DNA from: an uncultured Candidatus Saccharibacteria bacterium
GTDB taxonomy: Bacteria > Patescibacteriota > Saccharimonadia > Saccharimonadales > Saccharimonadaceae
Reading direction: 5' to 3'
Length of the DNA: 33,119 bases
Assembly: GCA_964348805.1 (NCBI GenBank)
Contig: CAYGDZ010000001.1
Coordinates: 1-33,119 of the forward strand
In this document: positions 10,058 to 18,498 of the stretch, in pieces
Layout: the number at the start of each line of letters is the position of its first letter
Numbering within the stretch: the first letter of the stretch is position 1
Program-made: the position numbers and the translations under genes
The notes under the pieces: model-generated
What the model saw: the letters and a program-made list of their open reading frames with translations, nothing else
The model's database searches: none
Told to the model about the DNA's origin: nothing

Positions 10058-10276
10058 TTAGATTTTGAGGTCGTATGCTATGCCAACTATTGCTCCAGCG
10101 AAACCCCAGAGTATAAAGATGGCGACTGTTCCGCATGAAATCCGAAACAAAACATCCTCACCTTTTGTTGAGAGCTTATTTCCGAGCGACATCTCTATGA
10201 CCGTTGTCGCTACGAAAATTAATGCAACAAATGGCATCAAGTAGCTCAAAAAACTGTTCACACTGTTCATCCTCAA
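10058..10276 (-). CDS. small membrane protein (two predicted TM helices), unknown function
   Basis: 72 aa with two hydrophobic stretches (FVALIFVATTVI and VAIFILWGFAGAIVGIA). The start could be TTG 10276 or ATG 10270. I recognise no family. Confidence 0.5.
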   Translation of the reverse strand: MRMNSVNSFLSYLMPFVALIFVATTVIEMSLGNKLSTKGEDVLFRISCGTVAIFILWGFAGAIVGIAYDLKI

Positions 10277-10370
10277 GCCGCCTTTTGATAGATTTCAAAA
10301 AGATACGAAGACTTTGTTTATAGTAAAAATAAAATTAAACTTTGTCAAGTAGTTACACCTCGGTAATCTT

Positions 10371-10379
10371 TGGTATAAT
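10371..10379 (+). promoter_or_regulatory. extended -10 promoter element TGGTATAAT, 8 nt from gatC ATG
   Basis: Exact TGnTATAAT. Only 8 nt (AGTCATCA, no SD) separate it from ATG 10388, implying a leaderless or near-leaderless gatC mRNA. Confidence 0.55.
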
Positions 10380-10387
10380 AGTCATCA

Positions 10388-10678
10388 ATGGCGAGAATCT
10401 CAAAAGACGATGTGGTGCACTTGTCACATCTATCAAACCTCAGTTTAACCGACGACGAAGTCGAGTCTATGCAGACTGATCTAGAAAATATCTTGCAATA
10501 TGTCGGTCAATTGTCTGATATCGATACGACTGGAGTGAAGCCAACATATCAAGTCAATGAACTAGAAAATATTGATCGACCTGACGAAGTTATAGATTAT
10601 GGTGTTACTCGCAAGCAATTATTGGCGACTGCGCCAGAGCAAATGGACAATCAGATAAAGGTGCCAAAGGTTATCTAA
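10388..10678 (+). CDS. gatC: Asp/Glu-tRNA(Asn/Gln) amidotransferase subunit C
   Basis: 96 aa with the typical GatC N-terminus (VxHLSxLSxLxLTDDE). It lies directly upstream of gatA with a 1-nt TAATG overlap. Confidence 0.9.
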   Translation: MARISKDDVVHLSHLSNLSLTDDEVESMQTDLENILQYVGQLSDIDTTGVKPTYQVNELENIDRPDEVIDYGVTRKQLLATAPEQMDNQIKVPKVI

Positions 10679-12087
10679 TGGCAAGTATTCAAAATATAGT
10701 CGATGCAGTTACTGGTGGCAGCTCTACAGCTACTGCCCAGGTGCAAGACGCGATAGCTCGGGCAAATGACAAATCAGATTTCAATGCGGTTTTGAGCCTA
10801 ACAAGCGATCGTGCTTTGGAGCGAGCAGCCGAGATCGATGAAAAAATCAAAAACGGTGAAAATGCTGGGCGATTAGCTGGAGTTCCATTCATAGCCAAAG
10901 ACAACTTTTTGACATTTGGATCACCAACCACCGCAGCCAGCAAGATTTTAGAAAACTTTGAAACTCCTATACAGGCGACAGCAATTGAAAAACTAGAAGC
11001 CGAGGGTGCGATATGTATAGGCAAAGCAAACCTAGACGCATTTGCCCATGGTGGTAGTACCGAAAACTCGGCCTATGGTCCAACTAAAAATGCTGTTGAT
11101 CAAACGCGTGTAGCTGGCGGTTCATCTGGTGGCTCTGCAGTGGCGGTTGCGCTGGACATTGTTCCATTTACACTAGGTACCGACACGGGCGGCTCTATCC
11201 GTCAACCAGCAAGCTTTAACGGCGTTGTTGGCGTCAAGCCAACCTATGGCACAGTCAGCCGTTTCGGTGTGGTAGCTATGGCCAGCAGTACCGACGTCAT
11301 TGGCCCAATAACCAAAAATGTTGCAGACGCCGAGCTAGTACTAGACGTTTTAGCTGGTCGTGACGATCGTGACGGTACGACTTTGCCAGATTTCTTTGAA
11401 CCATCATCAGAAACACCTAAAAATATGCGTATCGGTATAATCTCAGGAACTATGGATGAAGGCGTAGACCCCGAAGTAAAAAAAGTTGTCACGAATTATG
11501 TTGATGAGCTAAAAGCAAAAGGTCACCAAGTAAAGGAAGTTGAGATAAAGCACCTACCCGACAGTCTGGGTATGTACTATATTATTGTTCCTGCAGAAAT
11601 TAGCTCTAATCTAGCGCGTTATGACGGCGTTCGCTACGGTACACGCGCCAGCAGTCAGGATCTAGAAGAGATGTACGGCAAAAGCCGTGACCAAGGATTT
11701 ATGACTGAGAACAAGCGACGAATTTTGATAGGTAGCTATGTACTGTCCAGTGGATATTATGACGCCTATTACAACCAAGCCGCCAAAGCTCGTACATTAT
11801 TGATACAAGATTTTGACAAAGTATTTGAGAACGAGTGTGATGTTTTGATTTGCCCAGTAGCGCCAACACCTGCATTCAAATTGGGCGAGAACACTGATGA
11901 TCCGTTGAAAATGTACAAGGCTGATGTCATGACAGTACCAGCTAGCCTGGCGGGTATACCTGCCATCAGCGTGCCAGCAGGCGTATCCAGCAATGGTTTG
12001 CCTATCGGTGTTCAGCTAATTGGACAGAGACAATCAGACGCTCCCCTGTTGGCACTGGCGCGATCTATGGAGGCTAGCCATGAATAG
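10678..12087 (+). CDS. gatA: Asp/Glu-tRNA(Asn/Gln) amidotransferase subunit A
   Basis: 469 aa with the amidase signature GGSSGGSAVAVA...GTDTGGSIRQPA. Confidence 0.95.
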   Translation: MASIQNIVDAVTGGSSTATAQVQDAIARANDKSDFNAVLSLTSDRALERAAEIDEKIKNGENAGRLAGVPFIAKDNFLTFGSPTTAASKILENFETPIQATAIEKLEAEGAICIGKANLDAFAHGGSTENSAYGPTKNAVDQTRVAGGSSGGSAVAVALDIVPFTLGTDTGGSIRQPASFNGVVGVKPTYGTVSRFGVVAMASSTDVIGPITKNVADAELVLDVLAGRDDRDGTTLPDFFEPSSETPKNMRIGIISGTMDEGVDPEVKKVVTNYVDELKAKGHQVKEVEIKHLPDSLGMYYIIVPAEISSNLARYDGVRYGTRASSQDLEEMYGKSRDQGFMTENKRRILIGSYVLSSGYYDAYYNQAAKARTLLIQDFDKVFENECDVLICPVAPTPAFKLGENTDDPLKMYKADVMTVPASLAGIPAISVPAGVSSNGLPIGVQLIGQRQSDAPLLALARSMEASHE

Positions 12088-12496
12088 TCTAGTAACAATT
12101 ATGGTTGTTGGTATCATTATCATCGGTATTATAATGTTGATGGTTATTGCGACAACCCGCAAAAGAGTTCCAGGTTTAGATCAGGAAGAGTTTCGCAGCA
12201 AGTGGCTAAAGATCGAGGCCAGCATAATCGATGACGAAGCATCATGCCACCTCGCTATCCTCAACGCAGACAAATTATTGGACACTGCGTTAAAAGCTCG
12301 CGGTTTTGCCGGCGAGACTATGGGTGAGCGTATGAAGAGCGCTCGTTCTACATTCAGTAATAATAACGCTGTATGGGCTGCCCACAAACTACGCAATCAA
12401 ATCGCTCATGAATCCGATGTAAACATAAAACCAAAAACCGCTAGGTATGCATTAAAGGCGTTCAAAAAAGCGTTGAAAGATGTTGGGGCGCTATGA
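12080..12496 (+). CDS. single-pass membrane protein with a helical cytoplasmic/extracytoplasmic domain carrying an RNxxxH (Rx4H) motif
   Basis: The track ORF starts at 12020, inside gatA. I use ATG 12080, which overlaps the gatA stop and gives an N-terminal TM helix (MNSLVTIMVVGIIIIGIIMLMVIA). The motif AHKLRNQIAHE is encoded around 12383-12415. The stop overlaps the gatB start (ATGA). Confidence 0.7.
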   Translation: MNSLVTIMVVGIIIIGIIMLMVIATTRKRVPGLDQEEFRSKWLKIEASIIDDEASCHLAILNADKLLDTALKARGFAGETMGERMKSARSTFSNNNAVWAAHKLRNQIAHESDVNIKPKTARYALKAFKKALKDVGAL

Positions 12497-13914
12497 GCAA
12501 GCTAATCCCAACGATTGGTATCGAGTGTCATGTACAGCTAGCTACTAAAACTAAGCTATTTAGTGGTGCGAATAACGATGCACGTGACGAGTCGCCAAAT
12601 AGTGTTGTTTCACCAATTGATTACGGCCTGCCAGGTATGTTGCCAGTGCTCAATCACGGTGCCGTAGAACTAGCTATCAAAGCTGGTTTGGCGCTGGGCA
12701 GCGAAATAGCACTGACCAGTCGTTTTGATCGCAAACATTATTTTTATCCAGATTTGCCGAATGGATATCAGATTACTCAGTTGTATGAACCGATTATCCT
12801 GGAAGGCTTAGTTAAAGTCCCACTTGATGGCGAGACTTTTGACGTGCGCATACATCATGCGCATCTAGAAGCTGACGCCGGTAAATTAACACATTATGAC
12901 GACTACAGTCTGGTTGATTTAAATCGTGTCGGTACACCGCTAATCGAAATTGTGTCCGAGCCTGATATTCACAGCGCACAGCAAGCACGGGCTTACGCAC
13001 AAGAATTATATTTGCTAATGACTTATGTCGGCGCAACGCACGGTGATTTGTATCACGGTAATATGCGTTTTGATGTGAACATTTCTGTTGCGCCCGAAGA
13101 TGCCAGCGAATTAGGTAAACGCGCCGAAGTCAAAAACCTCAACTCGTTCCGTGCGGTCGAGAAAGTTGTCGAGTATGAATTCAAACGCCAGAGCGAACTG
13201 CTAGAAAAGGGCGAGAAAATAGAACAAGAAACTCGTGGTTGGGATGATGACAAGCAAAAGACCTTTAGTCAGCGTTCAAAAGAAAATGCTCCAGATTATC
13301 GGTATATGCCTGATCCTGATTTGCCCCCAATTGTTATAAAGCCTGAGCAAATAGAGGCAGTAAAATCAGGTTTGCCAGTCTTGCCAAATGTTTATCGTGA
13401 ATCTTGGTCAACGCTTGGACTAGATTCATCTGTCGTCACAACTTTGTTATCTGATAGAAACGTAGCTGAACTATTGCTAGCTATACAAAAAACTGCAAAT
13501 GAATTGGCCGCAAAGCGAATTGCCAACTGGTTTGCCAGTGCTGTTGATATTGATAGCGACCAAGCGAAATTGAGCTTGGATCAAGGTAAGTTGATTGAGT
13601 TATCTAGTATGGTTGAAAAGAACGAACTTAGCTCGACCGCAGCCAAAGAGATATTTAATATCTTGATTGCAGGTACTGAACAATCACCTAGCGAGATTGC
13701 AACTGAAAAGAATTTACTGCAGGTTTCTGACGAAGGTGAAATCATCAAGATAGTCGAACAAGTCCTAGCAGACCCATCTGCGCAAAAGGCCGTAGAAGAT
13801 ATAAAATCAGGCAACGACAAAGCGATCGGATTCCTGGTTGGACAGGTGATGAAACTCTCTGCTGGCAAGGCAAACCCAGCCCTGGCCCAAAAACTAATTC
13901 GCGAACGTTTGTAA
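12493..13914 (+). CDS. gatB: Asp/Glu-tRNA(Asn/Gln) amidotransferase subunit B
   Basis: 473 aa with GIECHVQL, FDRKHYFYPDLPNGYQITQ and a C-terminal GatB/YqeY domain. Confidence 0.95.
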   Translation: MSKLIPTIGIECHVQLATKTKLFSGANNDARDESPNSVVSPIDYGLPGMLPVLNHGAVELAIKAGLALGSEIALTSRFDRKHYFYPDLPNGYQITQLYEPIILEGLVKVPLDGETFDVRIHHAHLEADAGKLTHYDDYSLVDLNRVGTPLIEIVSEPDIHSAQQARAYAQELYLLMTYVGATHGDLYHGNMRFDVNISVAPEDASELGKRAEVKNLNSFRAVEKVVEYEFKRQSELLEKGEKIEQETRGWDDDKQKTFSQRSKENAPDYRYMPDPDLPPIVIKPEQIEAVKSGLPVLPNVYRESWSTLGLDSSVVTTLLSDRNVAELLLAIQKTANELAAKRIANWFASAVDIDSDQAKLSLDQGKLIELSSMVEKNELSSTAAKEIFNILIAGTEQSPSEIATEKNLLQVSDEGEIIKIVEQVLADPSAQKAVEDIKSGNDKAIGFLVGQVMKLSAGKANPALAQKLIRERL

Positions 13915-13948
13915 CCCCAATAAATACACTGCGCAGATTAGACTGTGG

Positions 13949-13957
13949 TGGTATAAT
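13949..13957 (+). promoter_or_regulatory. extended -10 promoter element TGGTATAAT
   Basis: Exact TGnTATAAT located 42 nt upstream of ATG 14000, which itself has an AGGAG SD at 13990-13994. Confidence 0.5.
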
Positions 13958-13999
13958 AGTTATAGAACAATACTTAGTAGTGCATCATAGGAGCGATAA

Positions 14000-14257
14000 A
14001 TGACAGATCCAGCATACATATTAGTCATAATCTTGAGCGTATTTTTAGCAGTCTCTCTGCTTTTATCAATCATTTTGCTATCAATATTGATAACATTTGC
14101 TCGTAGGGTCAATGCCGTTGCGGAATCTCTGCAACATACAGCGGAAAACGTAGAAAACGTAGTCAGCGGGGTTAGCAAAGTTACATCACCAATGATTATT
14201 GCAAAACTGATAATGAAGCAGTTTAACCAAGCTAGTAAAGGAAAGGGTAAAGAATAA
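14000..14257 (+). CDS. small N-terminally membrane-anchored protein (YtxG/DUF948-like)
   Basis: 85 aa with an N-terminal TM helix followed by a helical region (AESLQHTAENVENVVSGVSKV). Its position directly upstream of a YtxH-like gene mirrors the Bacillus ytxG-ytxH arrangement. The family call is made from memory only. Confidence 0.6.
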   Translation: MTDPAYILVIILSVFLAVSLLLSIILLSILITFARRVNAVAESLQHTAENVENVVSGVSKVTSPMIIAKLIMKQFNQASKGKGKE

Positions 14258-14532
14258 TGAGTAAAAAATTCATAAAAGGAGCTTTTATCGGAGCAATTGC
14301 CGGTGCAATAGCTGGTATATTAGCTGCGCCAAAAAGTGGTAAAGAAACACGTGAAGACATCAGAAAGAAAACAGACGAAGCCAAGTCAGAGGTAGACAAG
14401 AAAGCTAATGAAGCAAAAAAAGATGCTGAAAAAGCAGCTAAAGATGCTAAGGAAAAAGCTGAAGATCTAAAAAAACGAACAGAGAACGCAGTAGAAGCTG
14501 CAAAAAGAGAGCTCAGTAAGCCTGCAAAATAG
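14257..14532 (+). CDS. YtxH-like general stress protein
   Basis: 91 aa. The N-terminus GAFIGAIAGAIAGILAAPKSGKETRE is the typical YtxH motif, followed by a Lys/Glu/Ala-rich helix. The start overlaps the upstream stop (TAATG). Confidence 0.75.
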   Translation: MSKKFIKGAFIGAIAGAIAGILAAPKSGKETREDIRKKTDEAKSEVDKKANEAKKDAEKAAKDAKEKAEDLKKRTENAVEAAKRELSKPAK

Positions 14533-14534
14533 AT

Positions 14535-14813
14535 ATGACCAAAAGTATCTTTAAAAAGACGAGCCAGAATATACAAAAAGATCAGGCCGTTGGCGCTCAC
14601 CGAGAGATTCTAGAACAACTCTTTGACGACCATTACAAGTACAGATGGCGTGTGTACAAAATGAATTTTGTTAGGGGTATTTTCTTTGGTGTTGGTTCAG
14701 TGATAGGTGCAACAATTATCGTATCTTTCGTTATTTGGATATTGACGTTACTGAACGTACCTGACAACTTTATTGATTCAATCGAGACAAAACAGAGTCA
14801 AACAGTACAGTAA
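14535..14813 (+). CDS. small membrane protein (C-terminal TM; DUF5665-like)
   Basis: 92 aa with FVRGIFFGVGSVIGATIIVSFVIWIL. It is tightly packed after the ytxH-like gene. The family call is tentative. Confidence 0.6.
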   Translation: MTKSIFKKTSQNIQKDQAVGAHREILEQLFDDHYKYRWRVYKMNFVRGIFFGVGSVIGATIIVSFVIWILTLLNVPDNFIDSIETKQSQTVQ

Positions 14814-14846
14814 ATATAAAGGGTGTGAGAGAGGGGTAGAGTAGGT

Positions 14847-17800
14847 GTGAGTAAGCAAACGGTACAATTACAGCCGTCTGATTATGTGCATTTGCATAAT
14901 CACACCCACCACAGCTTGCTGGACGGAATGACGAAAATTGACGCACTGGTAGAGCGCGTCAAAATGATGGGCATGGAGGCGGTCGCCATGACTGACCATG
15001 GCACATTGTCAGGCACAATCGAATTCTACAAAGCCTGCAAGGGTGAAGGCATCAAGCCTATTATCGGCATGGAAGCTTATGTTGCCGCCCGCAAGCATAC
15101 TGACAAAGAAGTCCAGCATGACAAAGCTCGCTATCACTTGATTATTCTGGCAATGAATAACAAGGGCTATGAAAACCTGATGCGACTGTCGACAATAGCT
15201 AATCTAGATGGGTTGTACTACAAGCCACGTATAGATCACGATTTATTAGAGAAGTACAACGAAGGCTTGATCATACTGAGCGGCTGCGCCAGTAGTGAGA
15301 TCGGTGAATCATTAAAAAATGGCAATTATGAACCTGCCAAAAAAACCGCTCAGTGGTATAAAAAAGTTTTTGGCGATCGTTATTATCTGGAGATACAAGA
15401 CCATGGTGATTGGGAGGACCAGCTAAAGATCAATAAAGGAATCGAGAAAATATCCAAAGAGCTAGATATCCCTCGTGTCTTAACCGGTGATGCCCACTAT
15501 TTGAACAAAGATGATTCTCAGGCTCATGAAATTTTATTGTGTGTAGGTACTAACGCCTATTTGTCTGACAAGGATCGTATGAGCTTGGATGGCTTTCATT
15601 TACATGTTAAGGATCCGAATGAAATTATCGAAAAATGGGGTGACCAGCCCGAGTTGATCACTACCAGTAAGGTTATTGCCGATCGTTGCGATGTTGAAAT
15701 CGAGCTCGGTAATATTTTGATACCAACATTCCCAACACCTCCGAAAGAGACCGAAAAAAGCTATTTGCAGAAACTAGTCTATCAAGGTTTGGCGTGGCGC
15801 TATGGTGGCTTGGATCGTGATAAAGCCTTGAAGTTGACAATTAACGAGGCAAAAAAGACATTAGCTGAAAATATATTAGAACGTGCAAAATTTGAACTAA
15901 GCGTTATTGATAACATGGGCTTTAACGGCTATTTCTTGATTGTTCAAGATTTTATAAACTGGGGTAAAGACCGCGGTATTATATTCGGTCCTGGTCGTGG
16001 TAGTGCGGCTGGGTCTATCATTTCATATGCCTTGAACACGACTGACCTGGATCCAATTCATTACGATTTACTGTTCGAGCGTTTTCTAAACCCCGATCGT
16101 ATTTCGATGCCAGATATCGATATAGATATTCAGGATACTCGTCGTGATGAAGTGATCCAATATTGTATCGACAAATACGGTCATGACCGTGTGGCGAACA
16201 TTGTGACTTTTGGCACCATGGCTGCGCGTGCAGCAGTGCGTGACGTGGCGCGTGTGCTAGAGTTACCATATGCCGAAGCGGACCATTTAGCAAAAATGAT
16301 ACCACCGCCTGTGCAGGGTCGTCACATTCCGCTGGCAAAAAGTATTCATGACGATCCTGATCTAAAAAAAGAGTACGAAACTAACGAGCGCGCCCACGAA
16401 GTAATTGATTTTGCATCCAGACTAGAGGGCACAATTCGTTCGCACGGTGTGCATGCCGCTGGCGTGGTGATTGCACCTGATGAACTAGTCAAATTTGCAC
16501 CACTGGAAATGGCGCAAAAAGGCGTTATATCGACGCAATATCCGATGTATCCGATTGAAGATTTAGGACTGCTAAAGATGGACTTTTTGGGACTATCTAA
16601 CCTGACAACAATCAACAATGCTATGCGAATTATCAAAAAGGTTTACAAAGTTGATATTGATTTAAATACATTGAAACTGGACGACAGAAAGACCTATGAA
16701 CTATTCCAGCGTGGTGATACAACGGGTGTATTTCAGCTAGAATCTGCTGGTATGAAACGGTATCTCAAACAATTAAAACCGAGCGTCTTTGATGATATCA
16801 TTGCCATGGTTGCCCTGTATCGCCCTGGTCCGATGCAGTTTATCGACAGCTTTATCAAGCGAAAACACGGCAAAGAAAAAATCAGCTATCTACATCCAAA
16901 AATGGAAAATGCCCTATCAAACACCTACGGAGTCCTGGTCTACCAAGAGCAGTTTATGCAGATCAGTAAAGACCTAGCAGGCTTTACTGGCGGTCAAGCC
17001 GACACTTTGCGAAAAGCTGTTGGTAAAAAGATCATGACAATGATGAAAAAAATCAAACCAGAATTTGTCGAAGGTGCAGTTAAACATAGCGACGCTGATC
17101 GCAGCACTATGGAATTATTCTGGGACCAGCTAGAAGAATTCGCCAATTATTGTTTCAACAAATCTCATGCTGCCTGCTATGCCCTGATTTCATATTGGAC
17201 CGCCTACCTAAAAGCCCATTATCCCGATGCATTCATGGCGGCATTGATGACTAGTGATCAGGGTGATATTGATCGATTAGCAATCGAAATCGCAGAAGCC
17301 CAACATATGGGACTGAAGGTACTATCGCCAGACGTAAATCTGAGTTTCGTAGAGTTTTCTGTAGTTCCGGGCGAAAATGAAATTCGCTTTGGCCTAGCAG
17401 CCGTTAAGGGCGTTGGGGTTGGTGCAGTCGAGGCTATTCTAGAAGCCCGAGAAGCCGGCCCGTTCACCTCGCCCGAAGATTTCGCAAAACGTGTACCAGC
17501 TAACAAGGTGAACCGTCGTGTCTGGGATTCGTTGATAAAGTCCGGGGCATTTGATTCTATGGCTGACCGCTCTGACCTGTTATTCAACCTTGATCTAATC
17601 CTAGGGTTTGCCTCGAAACTGCAAAAAGAAGCTTTATCTGGACAAACCGATTTGTTCGCCAATCTAGAAGTTGAGGCAACCGTAGATATTGTGCCCAGCC
17701 TAGATCTCAAGCCTGCACCCACAAAGCATATAGAGCGCGAGAGGCTGACATGGGAGCGAGAACTACTGGGGCTATATCTGAGCTCACACCCTCTGGATCC

Positions 17801-18470
17801 ATATTCATTATATTTGTCCGAACAAACCGTGCCACTAGAAAAAGTCACACTGGATATGGACGGCAAATCACTAACAGTTGGCGGTATCATCAGTACAATC
17901 CGAGCGATCACCACAAAGAATGGCAGCAAAATGGCTTTTTTGAAGCTAGAAGACAAAACAAATGAGACAGAAGTTATTATTTTTCCAAAGTTGTATCAAG
18001 ATATCGGCGAACAATTGATCCAAGATACTGTAATAAAAGTAGATGGTCGGGTAAACGCCAGAAACCAAGCCGGTAATCTGCAGGACGAGCCAAAGATTAT
18101 TGTTGAAAAAATTACCATAGTTTCTCAGGATGAGCTGGATAATTATCGTTCAACTGGCCAAAAGCCAAAAGAGCCGGTCGCCAGCAAAAAGAAAACGTCT
18201 AAATCCGCACCCGTTAATAAAAAATCAGATATTGTTGAAAAAAACCTAGTAAAAACAATGTATATTCATGTTCGTGACACAAACGACCACGATAGCCTGC
18301 GAGAGATGAAAAGGGCACTCAGCAGTGTGCCGGGTGAAAATCACGTTATTTTGGTGCTGGGTGAAGACAAAACATCGGCGCTTAGGTTACCTTTTACAAC
18401 TGATCTTTCCGAAGGCTTGATTGCAAACATCAAAAGCCTGTATGGTTCTGATCAGGTGGTTGTGAAATAG
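14847..18470 (+). CDS. dnaE: DNA polymerase III alpha subunit
   Basis: 1207 aa with a GTG start. It has the PHP domain motif HLHNHTHHSLLDG, a Pol III alpha core (GPGRGSAAGS, PDIDIDI), HhH and OB regions, and a Lys-rich C-terminal extension. Confidence 0.95.
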   Translation: MSKQTVQLQPSDYVHLHNHTHHSLLDGMTKIDALVERVKMMGMEAVAMTDHGTLSGTIEFYKACKGEGIKPIIGMEAYVAARKHTDKEVQHDKARYHLIILAMNNKGYENLMRLSTIANLDGLYYKPRIDHDLLEKYNEGLIILSGCASSEIGESLKNGNYEPAKKTAQWYKKVFGDRYYLEIQDHGDWEDQLKINKGIEKISKELDIPRVLTGDAHYLNKDDSQAHEILLCVGTNAYLSDKDRMSLDGFHLHVKDPNEIIEKWGDQPELITTSKVIADRCDVEIELGNILIPTFPTPPKETEKSYLQKLVYQGLAWRYGGLDRDKALKLTINEAKKTLAENILERAKFELSVIDNMGFNGYFLIVQDFINWGKDRGIIFGPGRGSAAGSIISYALNTTDLDPIHYDLLFERFLNPDRISMPDIDIDIQDTRRDEVIQYCIDKYGHDRVANIVTFGTMAARAAVRDVARVLELPYAEADHLAKMIPPPVQGRHIPLAKSIHDDPDLKKEYETNERAHEVIDFASRLEGTIRSHGVHAAGVVIAPDELVKFAPLEMAQKGVISTQYPMYPIEDLGLLKMDFLGLSNLTTINNAMRIIKKVYKVDIDLNTLKLDDRKTYELFQRGDTTGVFQLESAGMKRYLKQLKPSVFDDIIAMVALYRPGPMQFIDSFIKRKHGKEKISYLHPKMENALSNTYGVLVYQEQFMQISKDLAGFTGGQADTLRKAVGKKIMTMMKKIKPEFVEGAVKHSDADRSTMELFWDQLEEFANYCFNKSHAACYALISYWTAYLKAHYPDAFMAALMTSDQGDIDRLAIEIAEAQHMGLKVLSPDVNLSFVEFSVVPGENEIRFGLAAVKGVGVGAVEAILEAREAGPFTSPEDFAKRVPANKVNRRVWDSLIKSGAFDSMADRSDLLFNLDLILGFASKLQKEALSGQTDLFANLEVEATVDIVPSLDLKPAPTKHIERERLTWERELLGLYLSSHPLDPYSLYLSEQTVPLEKVTLDMDGKSLTVGGIISTIRAITTKNGSKMAFLKLEDKTNETEVIIFPKLYQDIGEQLIQDTVIKVDGRVNARNQAGNLQDEPKIIVEKITIVSQDELDNYRSTGQKPKEPVASKKKTSKSAPVNKKSDIVEKNLVKTMYIHVRDTNDHDSLREMKRALSSVPGENHVILVLGEDKTSALRLPFTTDLSEGLIANIKSLYGSDQVVVK

Positions 18471-18480
18471 TTAACGCTAA

Positions 18481-18489
18481 TGGTAAAAT
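18481..18489 (+). promoter_or_regulatory. extended -10-like element TGGTAAAAT, 9 nt from ATG 18499
   Basis: A TGnTAAAAT element followed by TGTAACCAT (no SD) and then the ATG. Confidence 0.45.
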
Positions 18490-18498
18490 TGTAACCAT

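Noticed and set aside
12020-12079. Longer start (12020) for the gene between gatA and gatB
   Set aside because: The extra 20 codons lie inside gatA and add a non-hydrophobic extension (MDRDNQTLPCWHWRDLWRLA). ATG 12080 gives a clean N-terminal TM helix and the usual stop/start overlap.
17258-17956. 232-aa minus-strand ORF inside dnaE, plus other antisense track ORFs (e.g. 1199..1699, 2475..2798, 10689..11024, 14232..14600, 16018..16338, 23499..23843, 23840..24193, 24442..24948, 32315..32716)
   Set aside because: All lie entirely antisense to, or out of frame within, strongly supported conserved genes. They have low-complexity Ser/Ala/Leu-rich translations and no SD. They are classic shadow ORFs.
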